This document shows positions 52,182 to 61,067 of a stretch of 64,000 nucleotides of DNA, piece by piece. Position 1 is the stretch's first letter. The number at the start of each line of letters is the position of its first letter. The notes beneath the pieces were generated by a model. It was not told the DNA's origin, did not search any database, and worked only from the letters and a program-made list of their open reading frames with translations. The DNA comes from Faecalimonas sp. GTDB lineage: Bacteria; Bacillota; Clostridia; Lachnospirales; Lachnospiraceae. The position numbers and the translations under genes are program-made. The stretch is taken from assembly GCA_045593805.1 (NCBI GenBank), contig JAZNXJ010000009.1:5759-69758 (forward strand), read 5' to 3'.

Positions 52182-53198
52182 CTAGTTAAATCCAAAAATT
52201 CTGTTTGCAACAGTATATGCCAGAGACGAGACCTTTCTTCCCGGTTTTCCCGGCAAATTCATAGTCTGCCCGAGGATTCCATAGCGAATCTTTACATACA
52301 CTTTTGGGTCTTTCTCTTTCAAATACTTCCAAAGTTCTGTTTTCTTCTCCAAATTTTCCGGATTCTTAGAACGAATCGCAATGATAGAAGAAACAGTCAT
52401 CATAATAGCCAGGTAATTAATCATATACGCTCTTAATTTTTTATTAGAAATTTTATGCATCTGATACATGTCAATCATTGTTTTATTCACGAATAATTGC
52501 TGGTCGATGCGCTTAATCATATTTTGTTCATTTACAGACTGTCCATCTCTTCCAATAAAATAACGATAGAAATTTACATTAAGATAATATATGGTCTTAA
52601 CATGTGGCAATGGATAATAAACATAAATATTGTCTACATAAAAAGTGTGCTTTGGAAGTTCAAGTCCGCACATTTTTAAGAGTTCTGTACGATACATAAC
52701 AGAATGCATTAAAATGTACTGTCCAATTCGAAAATGCCCCATTTCTCTCCATGTAATCACTCGTTCTTCCGGCATAACATTTTGGTAGTGAATCACTTTT
52801 TTACGTTTTACCCCAACCTTCTCATAAACATAGTTGGATATGAGCATATCCACCATTTGCTTTTTATCGACCAATTCATGAAGTGTTTCAAGAATCTTCA
52901 TATATGCAGCCTCATCAACCCAATCGTCGCTATCAACAACTTTAAAATACAACCCTGTTGCATGCTGAAGTCCTGCATTTACGGCATCACCATGTCCGCC
53001 ATTCTCTTTATCAATGGCCTTCACAATCGTTGGATATTCTCTTTCATATCGTTTTGCAATCTCGAGTGTGTTGTCCTTAGAACCATCATTTACAATGATA
53101 ATTTCCACATCTTCTCCGCCCTTTAAAATCGACTGGATTGCTTTCTCCATATATTCTTCCGAGTTATAGCATGGTATAGCAAAAGATATATACTTCAT
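52182..53198 (-). CDS. family 2 glycosyltransferase
   Basis: Start MKYISFAIPCYNSEEY after GGGGGA. IIIVNDGSKD and VDSDD motifs. Confidence 0.88.
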   Translation of the reverse strand: MKYISFAIPCYNSEEYMEKAIQSILKGGEDVEIIIVNDGSKDNTLEIAKRYEREYPTIVKAIDKENGGHGDAVNAGLQHATGLYFKVVDSDDWVDEAAYMKILETLHELVDKKQMVDMLISNYVYEKVGVKRKKVIHYQNVMPEERVITWREMGHFRIGQYILMHSVMYRTELLKMCGLELPKHTFYVDNIYVYYPLPHVKTIYYLNVNFYRYFIGRDGQSVNEQNMIKRIDQQLFVNKTMIDMYQMHKISNKKLRAYMINYLAIMMTVSSIIAIRSKNPENLEKKTELWKYLKEKDPKVYVKIRYGILGQTMNLPGKPGRKVSSLAYTVANRIFGFN

Positions 53199-53199
53199 T

Positions 53200-54612
53200 C
53201 TATTTTCCCCCATCTTTCCAATAATCAACTTCATGTGGAAGACCAATGTCTTGTGCTCTGAAAACAGGTTCTTTTCCCGCTTTCCGTTGCTTTGTATAAT
53301 CATCCAAAGCACGAACAGCGTATTTGTGCAAAACAAGTATCACCGGAAGATTAATTAGAGTCATCGCGCCCATCGTAAGGTCCGCAAGATTCCAAAGCAA
53401 ATCTGCACTAAGTCCTGCACCAAGAAAAATAACAAAAGCAGCCAAAATATAGTACACTGTATTAAATGCTTTGCTTAGATTTTTACCGGCAATATAGCAA
53501 AATGCCTTTTCCACATAAAACAGATTCCCCAATAACGTTGTAAATGCAAAAAAAATCATTGCAATCGTAATAAATATCGGACCAAATTTACCTAATGTTG
53601 CAGTCATTGCTTCCTGCACATAAGGCGCTCCTGAAAGCTTAGCTGTCGGTTCAACTCCGGATGCCATGCACATAAATGCTGTGGCCGAACAAACAAGAAT
53701 GGTATCAATAAACACAGAGAGAATCTGTACCAAACCTTGTTTTGCAGGATGGGATACTTCAGCAGATGCCGATGCATTTGGTGCAGAACCTACACCTGCT
53801 TCGTTACTGAAAAGTCCTCTCTTAATTCCATACATAATGCACGAACCTGAAAACCCTCCAAAAATAGCTTTAAAATCAAAAGCTCCAGCAAAGATTTCTC
53901 TAAAAATTGTTGGCAATTCGGATACATTCATAAGCGTAATAATTATCGCAACTAAAATATATGCCATTCCCATAAACGGAACGAGAAATGTGGTAGCATT
54001 CACAATTCTCCTTCCACCACCGAACAAACAAAAACCTACAATCACCGCTAAAATCAATCCTATAATCCATGGCGATGTTTGCGGATTATACATCTCATAT
54101 GATGCAAATGTCGACTGCAAGTTATAAGATGCTAACATATTAAATCCAACACCATATGTAAGTATTAAAAGAACAGAGAAAACAATTGCAAGTGGACGGC
54201 TCTTTAACGCAGCCTCGATATAATAAGCCGGTCCACCATAGCTTCCTTCTGTTCCTTTCTTCTTATAAATCTGTGCAAGTGTACTCTCTACAAAAGCGGA
54301 TGCTGAACCAATAATAGCAATCAACCACATCCAAAAAACAGACCCAAAACCTCCCATGCATAGCGCTGTGGACACACCAATAATATTTCCTGTTCCCACA
54401 CGCGATGCAGTAGAAACCATGAGCGCCTGAAATGAAGATACACCCTTTCCATCTGCCGGTTTTTCCATAACAGCATGAAATTGCTCTTTCAACAGGCGAA
54501 ATTGTACAAATTTAGTCTTAAAACTAAAATAGAGTCCTCCAAGCACTAAAGCAATAATCAGAATATAACTGTATAGTGCATCATTCATTAACGAAATCAA
54601 TTTTTCAAACAT
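53200..54612 (-). CDS. alanine/glycine:cation symporter (AGCS family)
   Basis: 470 aa, multi-TM. GTGNIIGV and FSNEAGxGSAP motifs. Confidence 0.92.
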   Translation of the reverse strand: MFEKLISLMNDALYSYILIIALVLGGLYFSFKTKFVQFRLLKEQFHAVMEKPADGKGVSSFQALMVSTASRVGTGNIIGVSTALCMGGFGSVFWMWLIAIIGSASAFVESTLAQIYKKKGTEGSYGGPAYYIEAALKSRPLAIVFSVLLILTYGVGFNMLASYNLQSTFASYEMYNPQTSPWIIGLILAVIVGFCLFGGGRRIVNATTFLVPFMGMAYILVAIIITLMNVSELPTIFREIFAGAFDFKAIFGGFSGSCIMYGIKRGLFSNEAGVGSAPNASASAEVSHPAKQGLVQILSVFIDTILVCSATAFMCMASGVEPTAKLSGAPYVQEAMTATLGKFGPIFITIAMIFFAFTTLLGNLFYVEKAFCYIAGKNLSKAFNTVYYILAAFVIFLGAGLSADLLWNLADLTMGAMTLINLPVILVLHKYAVRALDDYTKQRKAGKEPVFRAQDIGLPHEVDYWKDGGK

Positions 54613-54706
54613 CCCTCTTCCTCATCTTTCCATACGATTCTACTCTGCGATATTTTACCACATTTTTGCATAGTTCACAATGGAAAAATACTTATTTAGA
54701 CGCCCT

Positions 54707-54838
54707 TTATACCTGTCTTCTTTTCGCATCTACGCCTTCTTTTCTGACATTATGATGCTGATTTTGATTTTCTGGTTTCGCTTTATTAGTAACACTATTA
54801 AACTTTTCTCGGTCTTTCTTTTCATATCTATCTTTCAT
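54707..54838 (-). CDS. hypothetical small basic protein
   Basis: 43-aa ORF (MKDRYEKKDREKF...) with GGGGTG 5 nt upstream. Absent from the ORF track because it is under 60 aa. Confidence 0.25.
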   Translation of the reverse strand: MKDRYEKKDREKFNSVTNKAKPENQNQHHNVRKEGVDAKRRQV

Positions 54839-54886
54839 TTTATCACCCCATAATTATTGTGTAATAAATGTGTGATTTTATGCAAT

Positions 54887-54926
54887 AAAAAAGCACCTCG
54901 AGTTTTCTCGAAGTGCTTTTATTTCT
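54887..54926 (-). terminator. bidirectional intrinsic terminator after tRNA-Arg
   Basis: AAAAGCACCTCGA-loop-TCGAAGTGCTTTT with T-runs on both strands. Confidence 0.7.
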
Positions 54927-54929
54927 TAA

Positions 54930-55003
54930 CGTGGGCGAGAAGATTCGAACTCCCGACCTTTTGGTCCGTAGCCAAACGCTCTATCCAGCTGAGCTACGCC
55001 CAC
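54930..55003 (-). tRNA. tRNA-Arg (anticodon ACG)
   Basis: Cloverleaf folds by eye. Anticodon loop CTACGGA. Identical to 62437-62510. Confidence 0.9.
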
Positions 55004-55006
55004 ATA

Positions 55007-55039
55007 TAAAAGAAACATTACCATGTAATGTTTCTTTTA
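55007..55039. repeat. 14-bp-stem perfect hairpin in the tRNA spacer
   Basis: TAAAAGAAACATTA-ccatg-TAATGTTTCTTTTA. Absent from the equivalent spacer at 62511-62514. Confidence 0.85.
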
Positions 55040-55040
55040 A

Positions 55041-55061
55041 TGCCGCAAACCGGAATCGAAC
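55041..55061 (-). repeat. attL core: orphan 3'-terminal 21 nt of tRNA-Leu
   Basis: TGCCGCAAACCGGAATCGAAC is identical to 62515-62535 inside the intact tRNA-Leu. Confidence 0.88.
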
Positions 55062-55119
55062 AAATTTGGAACACCAAAAACATTGAAAGAAAGGGGCTTT
55101 CCGAACTCTCTGACTGTAT

Positions 55120-55139
55120 GTACATACAAAATACATACA
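55120..55139 (+). repeat. tandem TACATACA motif (candidate integrase arm-type site), left end
   Basis: GTACATACAAAATACATACA. A near-identical direct copy lies at 62298-62316. Confidence 0.4.
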
Positions 55140-55235
55140 CATTACTAATCACATCAATTTTGGTGATTATTTCTACCGTGCCTCAATATCTACAATATTA
55201 AGACACGGTATTTAAACAGTTAAGGCAATATAATC

Positions 55236-56105
55236 TTACTTTTTAACTACCGGTATCCAAATTTCACTACGATAATCGGAACTACCCATATCACCTTCGG
55301 TATAAGCTTCAATGTCCATTTCATAAGTTGGCTGATAACCGGATATCGGAAAAAATTCTGAAGTTATTTTGTGCCACATATCCTGCATTGCTTTTGGTAT
55401 TGCTCCTTTGCACTCGAAAACTGCCCAAGTACTTGCAGGAATGGTATTTCTGCGGAATCCTTTTGGAACAACAGCATTTTTATTATATACCGCTCCAATA
55501 GAATAGTCGAAAGTCTTTGCACCGTCACCTATATTGCCATAACAAACACCCAAAATGAATGTCCTGTCGGTTGTGTTTTCTAGTAAAGTTTTCACGGTAC
55601 CATCATTATGCGATTTTGTCCAAAAATCAGGAATGCTTTTTGTATTTACATCATTTTCAATGCTATGTGCTTCAACCTTCTCGATGATATCAAAAGCTTC
55701 CTTTTCAACAATCTTATAGTCCATCATAGAACCTCCATTCAATGTGATTTTTACTGAAAGACGAGAAAACGATTTGAGCTTTGTACCATTTTTCTTTGCT
55801 TCAGACGGTGTTATTCCGTGAAATTTAGAAAAAGCTCTTGTAAAGCTCTCTGGACTTTCATAACCATACTTGAATGCAATATCTATTACTTTTATGTCAG
55901 ATGCATTCAGCTCATTGCCGGCAAGAGTAAGCCTTCTATTGCGAATATACTCCCCAAGAGGGATTTCGCACAGAATACCAAAAATTCTTTGAAAATAGAA
56001 ACTTGAACAAGCAGCTTCTTCAGCTACGTTGTCATAATTGATTTCTTCGGTCAAATGCTCCTCTATATAGTTGATAGCATTTTGTATTCCGGTAATCCAA
56101 TCCAT
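55236..56105 (-). CDS. AraC-family regulator with GyrI-like effector domain
   Basis: 289 aa. N-terminal dual HTH (SSFYFQRIF, GYESPESFTRAFSKFHGITPSE) and a C-terminal GyrI-like domain. Confidence 0.88.
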   Translation of the reverse strand: MDWITGIQNAINYIEEHLTEEINYDNVAEEAACSSFYFQRIFGILCEIPLGEYIRNRRLTLAGNELNASDIKVIDIAFKYGYESPESFTRAFSKFHGITPSEAKKNGTKLKSFSRLSVKITLNGGSMMDYKIVEKEAFDIIEKVEAHSIENDVNTKSIPDFWTKSHNDGTVKTLLENTTDRTFILGVCYGNIGDGAKTFDYSIGAVYNKNAVVPKGFRRNTIPASTWAVFECKGAIPKAMQDMWHKITSEFFPISGYQPTYEMDIEAYTEGDMGSSDYRSEIWIPVVKK

Positions 56106-56447
56106 TGTTACTCTCCTTTCGTGTAATTACATTATAAAACAAAAATAATAATTTACCTGATTTCTTATGTCCACATATGCAATATATCAATTATGTTTTA
56201 ATGGTTTTATATGTAATCATAACATAACTTCACTTACACATAAACAACATAAAAGATATGACTCATTTTCACCCCTATTGTAGCACAAACATATCACATT
56301 ATTAGTTACTCCACAACACACAAATAAATTTTTATTTTTTCCAAAACTGCCGATTTTGGAACGATTTTAAGTCAAAAAAAGTGGTAACAAATTAACTTGC
56401 ATTTGTTACCACAAAAATATTAACAAACGAAAGGAGATTTTGTTACA

Positions 56448-56846
56448 ATGGAAAATCCAAAGACAATTTCAACCAACGAAAAACTGCCTAGACCCTACAA
56501 AGACAAAAGCAATAAAGAATTACTAGATATTCTTGCCACGAAAGGACTCTCTACCGCCAATGCCCTATATGCTCTGATAGAATCAAATGCACGCAAGGAT
56601 AAACAAATCGCCAACCTTATGCACCGAGTATCTGTCCTTGAAGAAAAAGCGGCAAAGAAAATTGGAAGGAAACGTCAATCATTCTCTCTCAACGGAAAGG
56701 AGTTGACGGATGATGATATTATCTATTATGTGGATAATGACTATATGACGATATCCGAATTAGAGAAGGATGTCGGAGCCAAAAAGAATCAACTCCGCAA
56801 CAGATACAACAGGCGAAAAAAACAGTTCTCCATCTCTAAAATATAA
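56448..56846 (+). CDS. hypothetical protein (basic, possible DNA-binding)
   Basis: 132-aa ORF with AAAGGAG RBS. No confident motif. Confidence 0.5.
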   Translation: MENPKTISTNEKLPRPYKDKSNKELLDILATKGLSTANALYALIESNARKDKQIANLMHRVSVLEEKAAKKIGRKRQSFSLNGKELTDDDIIYYVDNDYMTISELEKDVGAKKNQLRNRYNRRKKQFSISKI

Positions 56847-56906
56847 TATATTGTTAACAATATTTGACACGTTTTAACATTTTTTTCGTTATATTTGTTA
56901 TTCTTG

Positions 56907-56935
56907 TTGACATTATTTTCGTTTTCTGATATAGT
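56907..56935 (+). promoter_or_regulatory. near-consensus sigma-A promoter of the XRE gene
   Basis: TTGACA - 17 nt - TATAGT, 24 nt upstream of the start codon. Confidence 0.55.
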
Positions 56936-56958
56936 TTTCAATAGGAAGGTGACTAAAG

Positions 56959-57483
56959 ATGAACAATTTAAAACTTATTAGAGAAATTTACGGTGCTACG
57001 CAAGATGAAATTTCTACTGCAATCAATGTAAATCGTGCTACGATTTCCATCTGGGAAAACAGTGAGGATAAGAAGGCTTCTCATGCCATTTTAGAAAAAA
57101 TGTCTCTTTTTTATGGTATTGGTCCTGAATTCTTTTATGAACAGCCATTAGATGATACCGCACGAGAAATGCTTAGAGATAATGCAAAGCGCCAAAAAGA
57201 ATTAGAAGCAAAAAAAGATTCTTCGCATAGCAAAGCAGAAGAATTACGTCAATTATTATCAAATATAAGCTTTGACGATGCCATCACTCAATATATGCTT
57301 GCAATGAAACTTTTCCTTACTACACTTGATGAGGGTCCTCTCTCCAAACTAGAGACCGCATTAAAAATTAATCAAAAAATGGGAAAGCGATTGGAAACAG
57401 AAATCGAACTCAAAAAATCTGAACAAGCAAATAATGAAGAATCCTTATCTGATTTGCTCGACAGTTTAACCGTTGATAATTGA
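56959..57483 (+). CDS. XRE-family helix-turn-helix regulator
   Basis: 174 aa. N-terminal HTH GATQDEISTAINVNRATISIWEN. Confidence 0.85.
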   Translation: MNNLKLIREIYGATQDEISTAINVNRATISIWENSEDKKASHAILEKMSLFYGIGPEFFYEQPLDDTAREMLRDNAKRQKELEAKKDSSHSKAEELRQLLSNISFDDAITQYMLAMKLFLTTLDEGPLSKLETALKINQKMGKRLETEIELKKSEQANNEESLSDLLDSLTVDN

Positions 57484-57742
57484 CCATATCAAAAGAAAAA
57501 GACCTTGATAACATTATGTATTAATCAAGACCTTTTCAAAATCTGGTATATCTTCAAATGAGACCACCAAACCCTACACACGTTTGATTTTACCTCATTT
57601 GAATTTATACGTCAACAGTTTTTGGCTACCAATGTTTGGAAAGGAGATGCGCATTAGTCAAAACAAGCTCTTTTGATATGGTTTTATAAATATATGTAAC
57701 TATAAATTGATTTCAGTGCGTTTTGCACACGAGGTGAAAATT

Positions 57743-57952
57743 ATGACAAAATATTATATTAACAAAACAAAAGACAATAATCAGAAGAATGAAGTACATA
57801 AATCCAGTTGTTTCTGGTTGAGTCTCGCTTCTAAAACTGAATATTTAGGTGAATTTAATAATGCTATTGATGCAGTTGCTTATGCCAAGCGAATCGGCTA
57901 CCCTTCTGCTGATGGCTGTAAAACTTGTTCACCAGAAGCACATACTGCATAA
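57743..57952 (+). CDS. small Cys/His (putative zinc-binding) protein
   Basis: 69 aa from ATG after GAGGTG. HKSSC ... GY ... CKTCSPEAH pattern. Stop lies 15 nt before the next gene. Confidence 0.6.
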   Translation: MTKYYINKTKDNNQKNEVHKSSCFWLSLASKTEYLGEFNNAIDAVAYAKRIGYPSADGCKTCSPEAHTA

Positions 57953-57967
57953 GAGGGAGGTTATATT

Positions 57968-59005
57968 ATGAAAGCAAAATATACTCCTATTTTGAGATGG
58001 AAAACAGGTGAACGAAATTGTCTTGAAAATTTGGCCGCTGATATTTCAAACAATATTATGCCATTTATCGAAGTTGCTTTACCAGCACCTGCCCAAGACG
58101 AAGATGCCACCAAGAAAAAAATAGAAAAACTCATTACTACCTTTAATCTCAGTTGGGAAAGAAAGCCGTTTTATTTATACTTGTCAGAAGATTGGTACAG
58201 CGAAGCAGATAGCCCTTCTCAGATTCCTGAAATATATAGTGATTTTTTCAAAAGAGTGAACCATCCAAAAGCAATCCCTGCTTTTGATATTACAGATATG
58301 TTAAACATCTGTGCAGTTCCTCATCTTACAACTGATAATGGTATATGTCTGCGTATAAGCGGGTCTAATTTTGAAGCAATACGTGATACCTTAAACGGTT
58401 ATGTTCATAATTCTTGGATTATCCCTGAAACCACAGACCTCTTGCTTGATTTAAGATATGTTACTGATGATACTTATCCCGCAAAATCAGCTTTGGCTGC
58501 TGTAGTTGCTGACATTCCAAACATTGCCACTTATCGACGCATCATTATTGCAAGCTGCTCGTTTCCTAAAGACGTTTCAAATCTTTTGCCCGATGTAGTA
58601 AATGAGTTTACACGTCACGAAGTTGCTATCCATGCAAAAGCCTTGGAATTACAGAAAACTTACGGATTTAATTACGTTTATGCCGATTATGGTCCTATGA
58701 ACTTAAATGACACAGCATTTGTACTTGGAATGATTCCAAATTTTAAAATCAAATATACCACTTGTGATAAATACCTAATTGTAAGAGGAATCTCTCTAAA
58801 AAAAGGTGGACTTGACTTAAACAAAGTAGCTTCTTGTTGCATGCAGTTAGTAAGCCATCCACAATACTCCGGTATGAATTTTTCACATGGCGATAGAATC
58901 ATCTCAGATACTGCCAATGGTATTAATATCAAAAGTGGAAATCTTACAAGTTGGGTAGGTTACAGTTTTAACCATCACATAACGTTAATTGTTTCTTGGC
59001 TATAA
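57968..59005 (+). CDS. Beta_protein (PF14350) / sce7725-like family protein
   Basis: 345 aa. N-terminal YTPILRWKTGERNCLENL matches my recollection of the Beta-protein signature. GAGGGAGG RBS. Confidence 0.6.
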   Translation: MKAKYTPILRWKTGERNCLENLAADISNNIMPFIEVALPAPAQDEDATKKKIEKLITTFNLSWERKPFYLYLSEDWYSEADSPSQIPEIYSDFFKRVNHPKAIPAFDITDMLNICAVPHLTTDNGICLRISGSNFEAIRDTLNGYVHNSWIIPETTDLLLDLRYVTDDTYPAKSALAAVVADIPNIATYRRIIIASCSFPKDVSNLLPDVVNEFTRHEVAIHAKALELQKTYGFNYVYADYGPMNLNDTAFVLGMIPNFKIKYTTCDKYLIVRGISLKKGGLDLNKVASCCMQLVSHPQYSGMNFSHGDRIISDTANGINIKSGNLTSWVGYSFNHHITLIVSWL

Positions 59006-59032
59006 ACCAATATTGGAGGAATTAGAATATGT

Positions 59033-59593
59033 CTAATCCCTCCAATTTTTTCTACTTTTTATTGTTTCACGTGTGAATTCCTTTACCTGTTTTAAAGAAA
59101 TATTATCCATTACCATTTGACGCAATACCCGTCTATTTTTTCCCGATATTCCTTTAATTCCCGCATTTTTCAATAATGAAACCACTTCTTCTTTCCAGAG
59201 TAACTCTAACAACGCTGAAGCATCAATATTTTTATTTACTTTTGCAGATCGCTTCTTTCTAATCTTGCATCCATCCATGTTTTCACTTGCTATATAAATA
59301 CCCCAATGTTCGGGAACATGAGTCTCAATTTTATCCTTAAATTTTTCTCCTACAACAATTGATATCGTATCAAATGTTCTATCGTAGCATTTCTGTTGCA
59401 AGGAAAGTCTTTCTAGAGTATCTGCATCACTCTTTATTTCATATCCACATAGTCTACCGTTAGCAACCGCTACATCTACTCTCGCTTCTCCATCACACAC
59501 AGTCATCTCTTCAATTATTCTATAGTCGTGCTGAGCATTAATTCTATTTAATTCATCAATTAGAGTTCCTCTAATATCACAATCTTTTAGCAT
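59033..59593 (-). CDS. PD-(D/E)xK nuclease-fold protein, sce7726-like
   Basis: 186 aa. DIRGTL..., GEARVDVAV and GYEIKSDADTLERL (D...ExK) motifs. Confidence 0.6.
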   Translation of the reverse strand: MLKDCDIRGTLIDELNRINAQHDYRIIEEMTVCDGEARVDVAVANGRLCGYEIKSDADTLERLSLQQKCYDRTFDTISIVVGEKFKDKIETHVPEHWGIYIASENMDGCKIRKKRSAKVNKNIDASALLELLWKEEVVSLLKNAGIKGISGKNRRVLRQMVMDNISLKQVKEFTRETIKSRKNWRD

Positions 59594-59830
59594 TGCGCAC
59601 CCCCAGCACTTATTATGATAAGAATTATACCACGTTTTGCTTTTTCACTCAATTCCTAAAATATAAAAATACTCACATTTTGAAAAAAATATTTATGTCA
59701 CTATCCGTATGACTCCCATACAGGTCACCATGCCTCTTCTTGCAAAAAAGTGTACTGTTCTCACTCCCAGCTTTCCTAGCGGTTTACCATCTAATGCAAC
59801 AATCTCTTCAATTCTATAAATTCATATTTG

Positions 59831-60196
59831 TCACTCCACCATTATTTTTTTCTGCTCTTTCTTGCTAAATTTTAAAAAAACTGTCTCATATGCTAAATCT
59901 ATCATATTTAATAATTCATCATCTGGAAAGTCATCTAAATATATTGTATTCCAATATGGTTGCTGAACAGGTGGGCAATGATACCCTCTAACAACTTTTT
60001 GAGGATATGCCATTCTATAAAATTGTCCTGCATCGTTGGTGCACTTCAAAGTAATTTTATAATCATATTCATATGGATACAGTTGAGCAAATATTTTGCC
60101 ATTTAACTTATAACATATCGGAACATCACCAAACGGAAATTCTTCCGTAACTTTATGTTTATTTTTGCAATATGCCTTTATTTCTTCAATCTTCAT
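59831..60196 (-). CDS. MmcQ/YjbR family protein
   Basis: 121 aa. IKAYCKNKHKVTEEFPFGDVPICYKLNGKIFAQL motif. Confidence 0.8.
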   Translation of the reverse strand: MKIEEIKAYCKNKHKVTEEFPFGDVPICYKLNGKIFAQLYPYEYDYKITLKCTNDAGQFYRMAYPQKVVRGYHCPPVQQPYWNTIYLDDFPDDELLNMIDLAYETVFLKFSKKEQKKIMVE

Positions 60197-60593
60197 AATT
60201 CACCTGTTTGATAATGGTTTTATAGAAAGGGTTATCCGATAGCATTTTTCTAATTGAACCAAACTTGCACTCGCATAATTTCTCACATAAACCTAACACT
60301 TCATCATTTACATAATCATTAACTTCATATCTTTTAAAACCATCTTCTAAATGGAATAAAAAAACAACTTTATCCTCTGTCAAATATTCATTCCAATATT
60401 CCACTTCCAAATGTTTTTTTATAAATTCTTCCCACAACTCAGCCTTTGACTCTGGAAAAGACACCTTATAATTATTTCCATCATTCCGAATTAAAAAGCC
60501 CTGTTGCTTTAAACTAAAAATACTATTATCTATTCCCATAACATATGTATGATACATTTTATATAACCTCCACAAATTTGAATTTTCTTTCAC
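60186..60593 (-). CDS. hypothetical protein
   Basis: 135-aa ORF overlapping the YjbR start by 11 nt. The true start may be an internal Met. Confidence 0.45.
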   Translation of the reverse strand: MKENSNLWRLYKMYHTYVMGIDNSIFSLKQQGFLIRNDGNNYKVSFPESKAELWEEFIKKHLEVEYWNEYLTEDKVVFLFHLEDGFKRYEVNDYVNDEVLGLCEKLCECKFGSIRKMLSDNPFYKTIIKQVNYED

Positions 60594-61067
60594 TTATTGT
60601 ACACTTGAATTGTTATCACGTCAATAAAGCATGCTCGCAACTGCCACATCTCAACTAGTCATGTGATCGTTACAATATTTTACCTTTCTTTTTTAAATTC
60701 CTCAAATTCCTCTTTTTCAACTAATCACATATACGTCTATGTAAATATACTCATTTTTTAGTTGCAACTTAAATCTGCTGCTTTCCACACGTCATTGCAT
60801 TTCTATATGTTTATAAAAATTTATTAATTTTACCTCTTGACATGGCATTTTTTCTAATTACACATTTACGTCAAAAACGTATGCGGAATTACACATTTTC
60901 CCTCCTTTTTGTGTCAACGCTGCGTCCTTATTACACATATCCCCCTAAAAATGCCATTTGTTATAATAATTCCGATAGCAATATCAAATATATCGGGAAG
61001 GAGTAGGAATATCTTTGTGATTAAGTCTTCATTCGGACGTAGCGCGTTGATATTCTGTAAGTGAAGT

